Origin: Klebsiella phage Magnus
Sequence record: NC_049462.1
DNA: 64,000 nucleotides
Strand: one strand, 5' to 3'
Part shown: in pieces, positions 63,149 through 64,000 of the stretch
Numbering within the stretch: the first letter of the stretch is position 1
How the letters are laid out: each line of letters opens with the position of its first letter
Program-made: the position numbers and the translations under genes
The notes under the pieces: generated by a model
Seen by the model: only the letters and a program-made list of their open reading frames with translations
Database searches by the model: none
Told to the model about the DNA's origin: nothing

Positions 63149-64000
63149 ATGACAGATATCCTTGAAAAATTTGGCAACCTGTTAAAAGAAGCTGCGACGC
63201 CGGAAGATATCCCGGTTCCATTTGATGTGCGTGGTGATGTTACCCACAAACTCACCTTCCGTAAGGGGCGGGCGAAGAACTTCCGTTCTATTGGTAATGA
63301 ATTCATGGAAATTGATTACCAACGAAACCCAGCAACCCTTGTTACATCTGATGATAATGGTGCCGGGAAATCCACTATGTTGGTCTGGCTGTTATTCTTT
63401 GTCCTGTACAACGATACATACAGCAAGAAAGAGAAGAAGGCCGGGCTGGTAAATTCTCAGAACAAAAAGGACTGCGTTGGTGAAGTAGAATTCGCCTGCC
63501 GGGGTAGTGAATGGAAGGTCCGCCGTGGGATCAAACCCGACTTCGTTGAAGTTCATCAGCTGGTTGACGGGGAATGGAAACAGGTTGTAAACGAAGCGGC
63601 TAAAGCCGACATGAACAAGTATATCGTCAACCTGATCGGCATCGACCAGAAGATGTTTGAGAACTCCCTGGTGTTGGGTAAAGAGAAATTCATCCCGTTC
63701 ACGGAAATGTATACGGCTGACCGCCGTACCATGGTAGAAGCGATATGGGATCTTGGTTTCTTCAGCCTGATGAATGAGGATGTTAAGGCAAAGATCAAGG
63801 TGCTCAACAAAACGTTGGAAGATATCTCCAATGAGTTTGGTATGAAAATGATTGATCATACCAACAAAAAGACGCAGCTGGCACAGATCATTGAATCTAA
63901 TAATCGTATCCAACAACAATCTGCTGAGATCCTTGAGCAGGAACGGATCCGGCTTTCCAGTCTGGATGCGGATATTTCTTCGTATCAAGATGAAATGGCC
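63149..64000 (+). CDS. 46: recombination ATPase gp46 (Rad50/SbcC-like), 3'-truncated by the window end
   Basis: My own translation. 'NGAGKSTMLVWLLFFVLY' is Walker A and matches T4 gp46 'NGGGKSTMLEAITFGLFG'. 'VNSQNKKDCVGEVEF' and 'RGIKPDFVEV' also match T4. Not in the ORF track because there is no stop in the window. Confidence 0.8.
   Translation, partial: MTDILEKFGNLLKEAATPEDIPVPFDVRGDVTHKLTFRKGRAKNFRSIGNEFMEIDYQRNPATLVTSDDNGAGKSTMLVWLLFFVLYNDTYSKKEKKAGLVNSQNKKDCVGEVEFACRGSEWKVRRGIKPDFVEVHQLVDGEWKQVVNEAAKADMNKYIVNLIGIDQKMFENSLVLGKEKFIPFTEMYTADRRTMVEAIWDLGFFSLMNEDVKAKIKVLNKTLEDISNEFGMKMIDHTNKKTQLAQIIESNNRIQQQSAEILEQERIRLSSLDADISSYQDEMA

Noticed and set aside
63392-63988. 198-aa minus-strand ORF at the window end
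   Set aside because: Antisense to the unlisted + strand gp46 (Rad50-like) reading frame, which has Walker A and clear T4 similarity.

Overview
This window is a contiguous stretch of a large virulent T4-superfamily myovirus genome. The module order and the set of four tailspikes are most consistent with an Ackermannviridae (Vi1-like) phage, but this is a judgement from the sequence only. Almost all genes are on the + strand. The left third is the virion module: four tailspike/beta-helix genes, one 1616-aa structural gene, neck gp13/gp14, gp15, terminase small and large subunits, sheath gp18, a free-standing GIY-YIG homing endonuclease, tube gp19, portal gp20, prohead core proteins, protease gp21, scaffold gp22 and major capsid protein gp23. 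The terminase large subunit is interrupted by a 159-aa mini-intein exactly inside the Walker-A GK|T motif. Positions 27.6-35 kb hold many small early-type ORFs driven by repeated sigma70-like promoter plus stem-loop cassettes, and one reverse-strand lipoprotein gene. Then come UvsY-like, a PD-(D/E)XK nuclease, UvsW, and gp45-gp44-gp62-regA. After regA there is no DNA polymerase but three large conserved proteins of unknown function (294, 409 and 676 aa). Next is a Prs-like plus NAMPT-like two-gene NAD+ module, bracketed by a 27-bp direct repeat plus a duplicated terminator. The remainder encodes a zinc-finger protein, a 732-aa vWA protein, an ACP homolog with Glu in place of the phosphopantetheine Ser, a ParB-like nuclease, three signal-peptide proteins, LysM, HU-like and DinG-like (FeS) helicase genes, RNase H, late sigma gp55, gp47 and the 5' part of gp46. 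Late genes carry CTAAATA-type late-promoter cores. I saw no tRNA genes and no CRISPR arrays.
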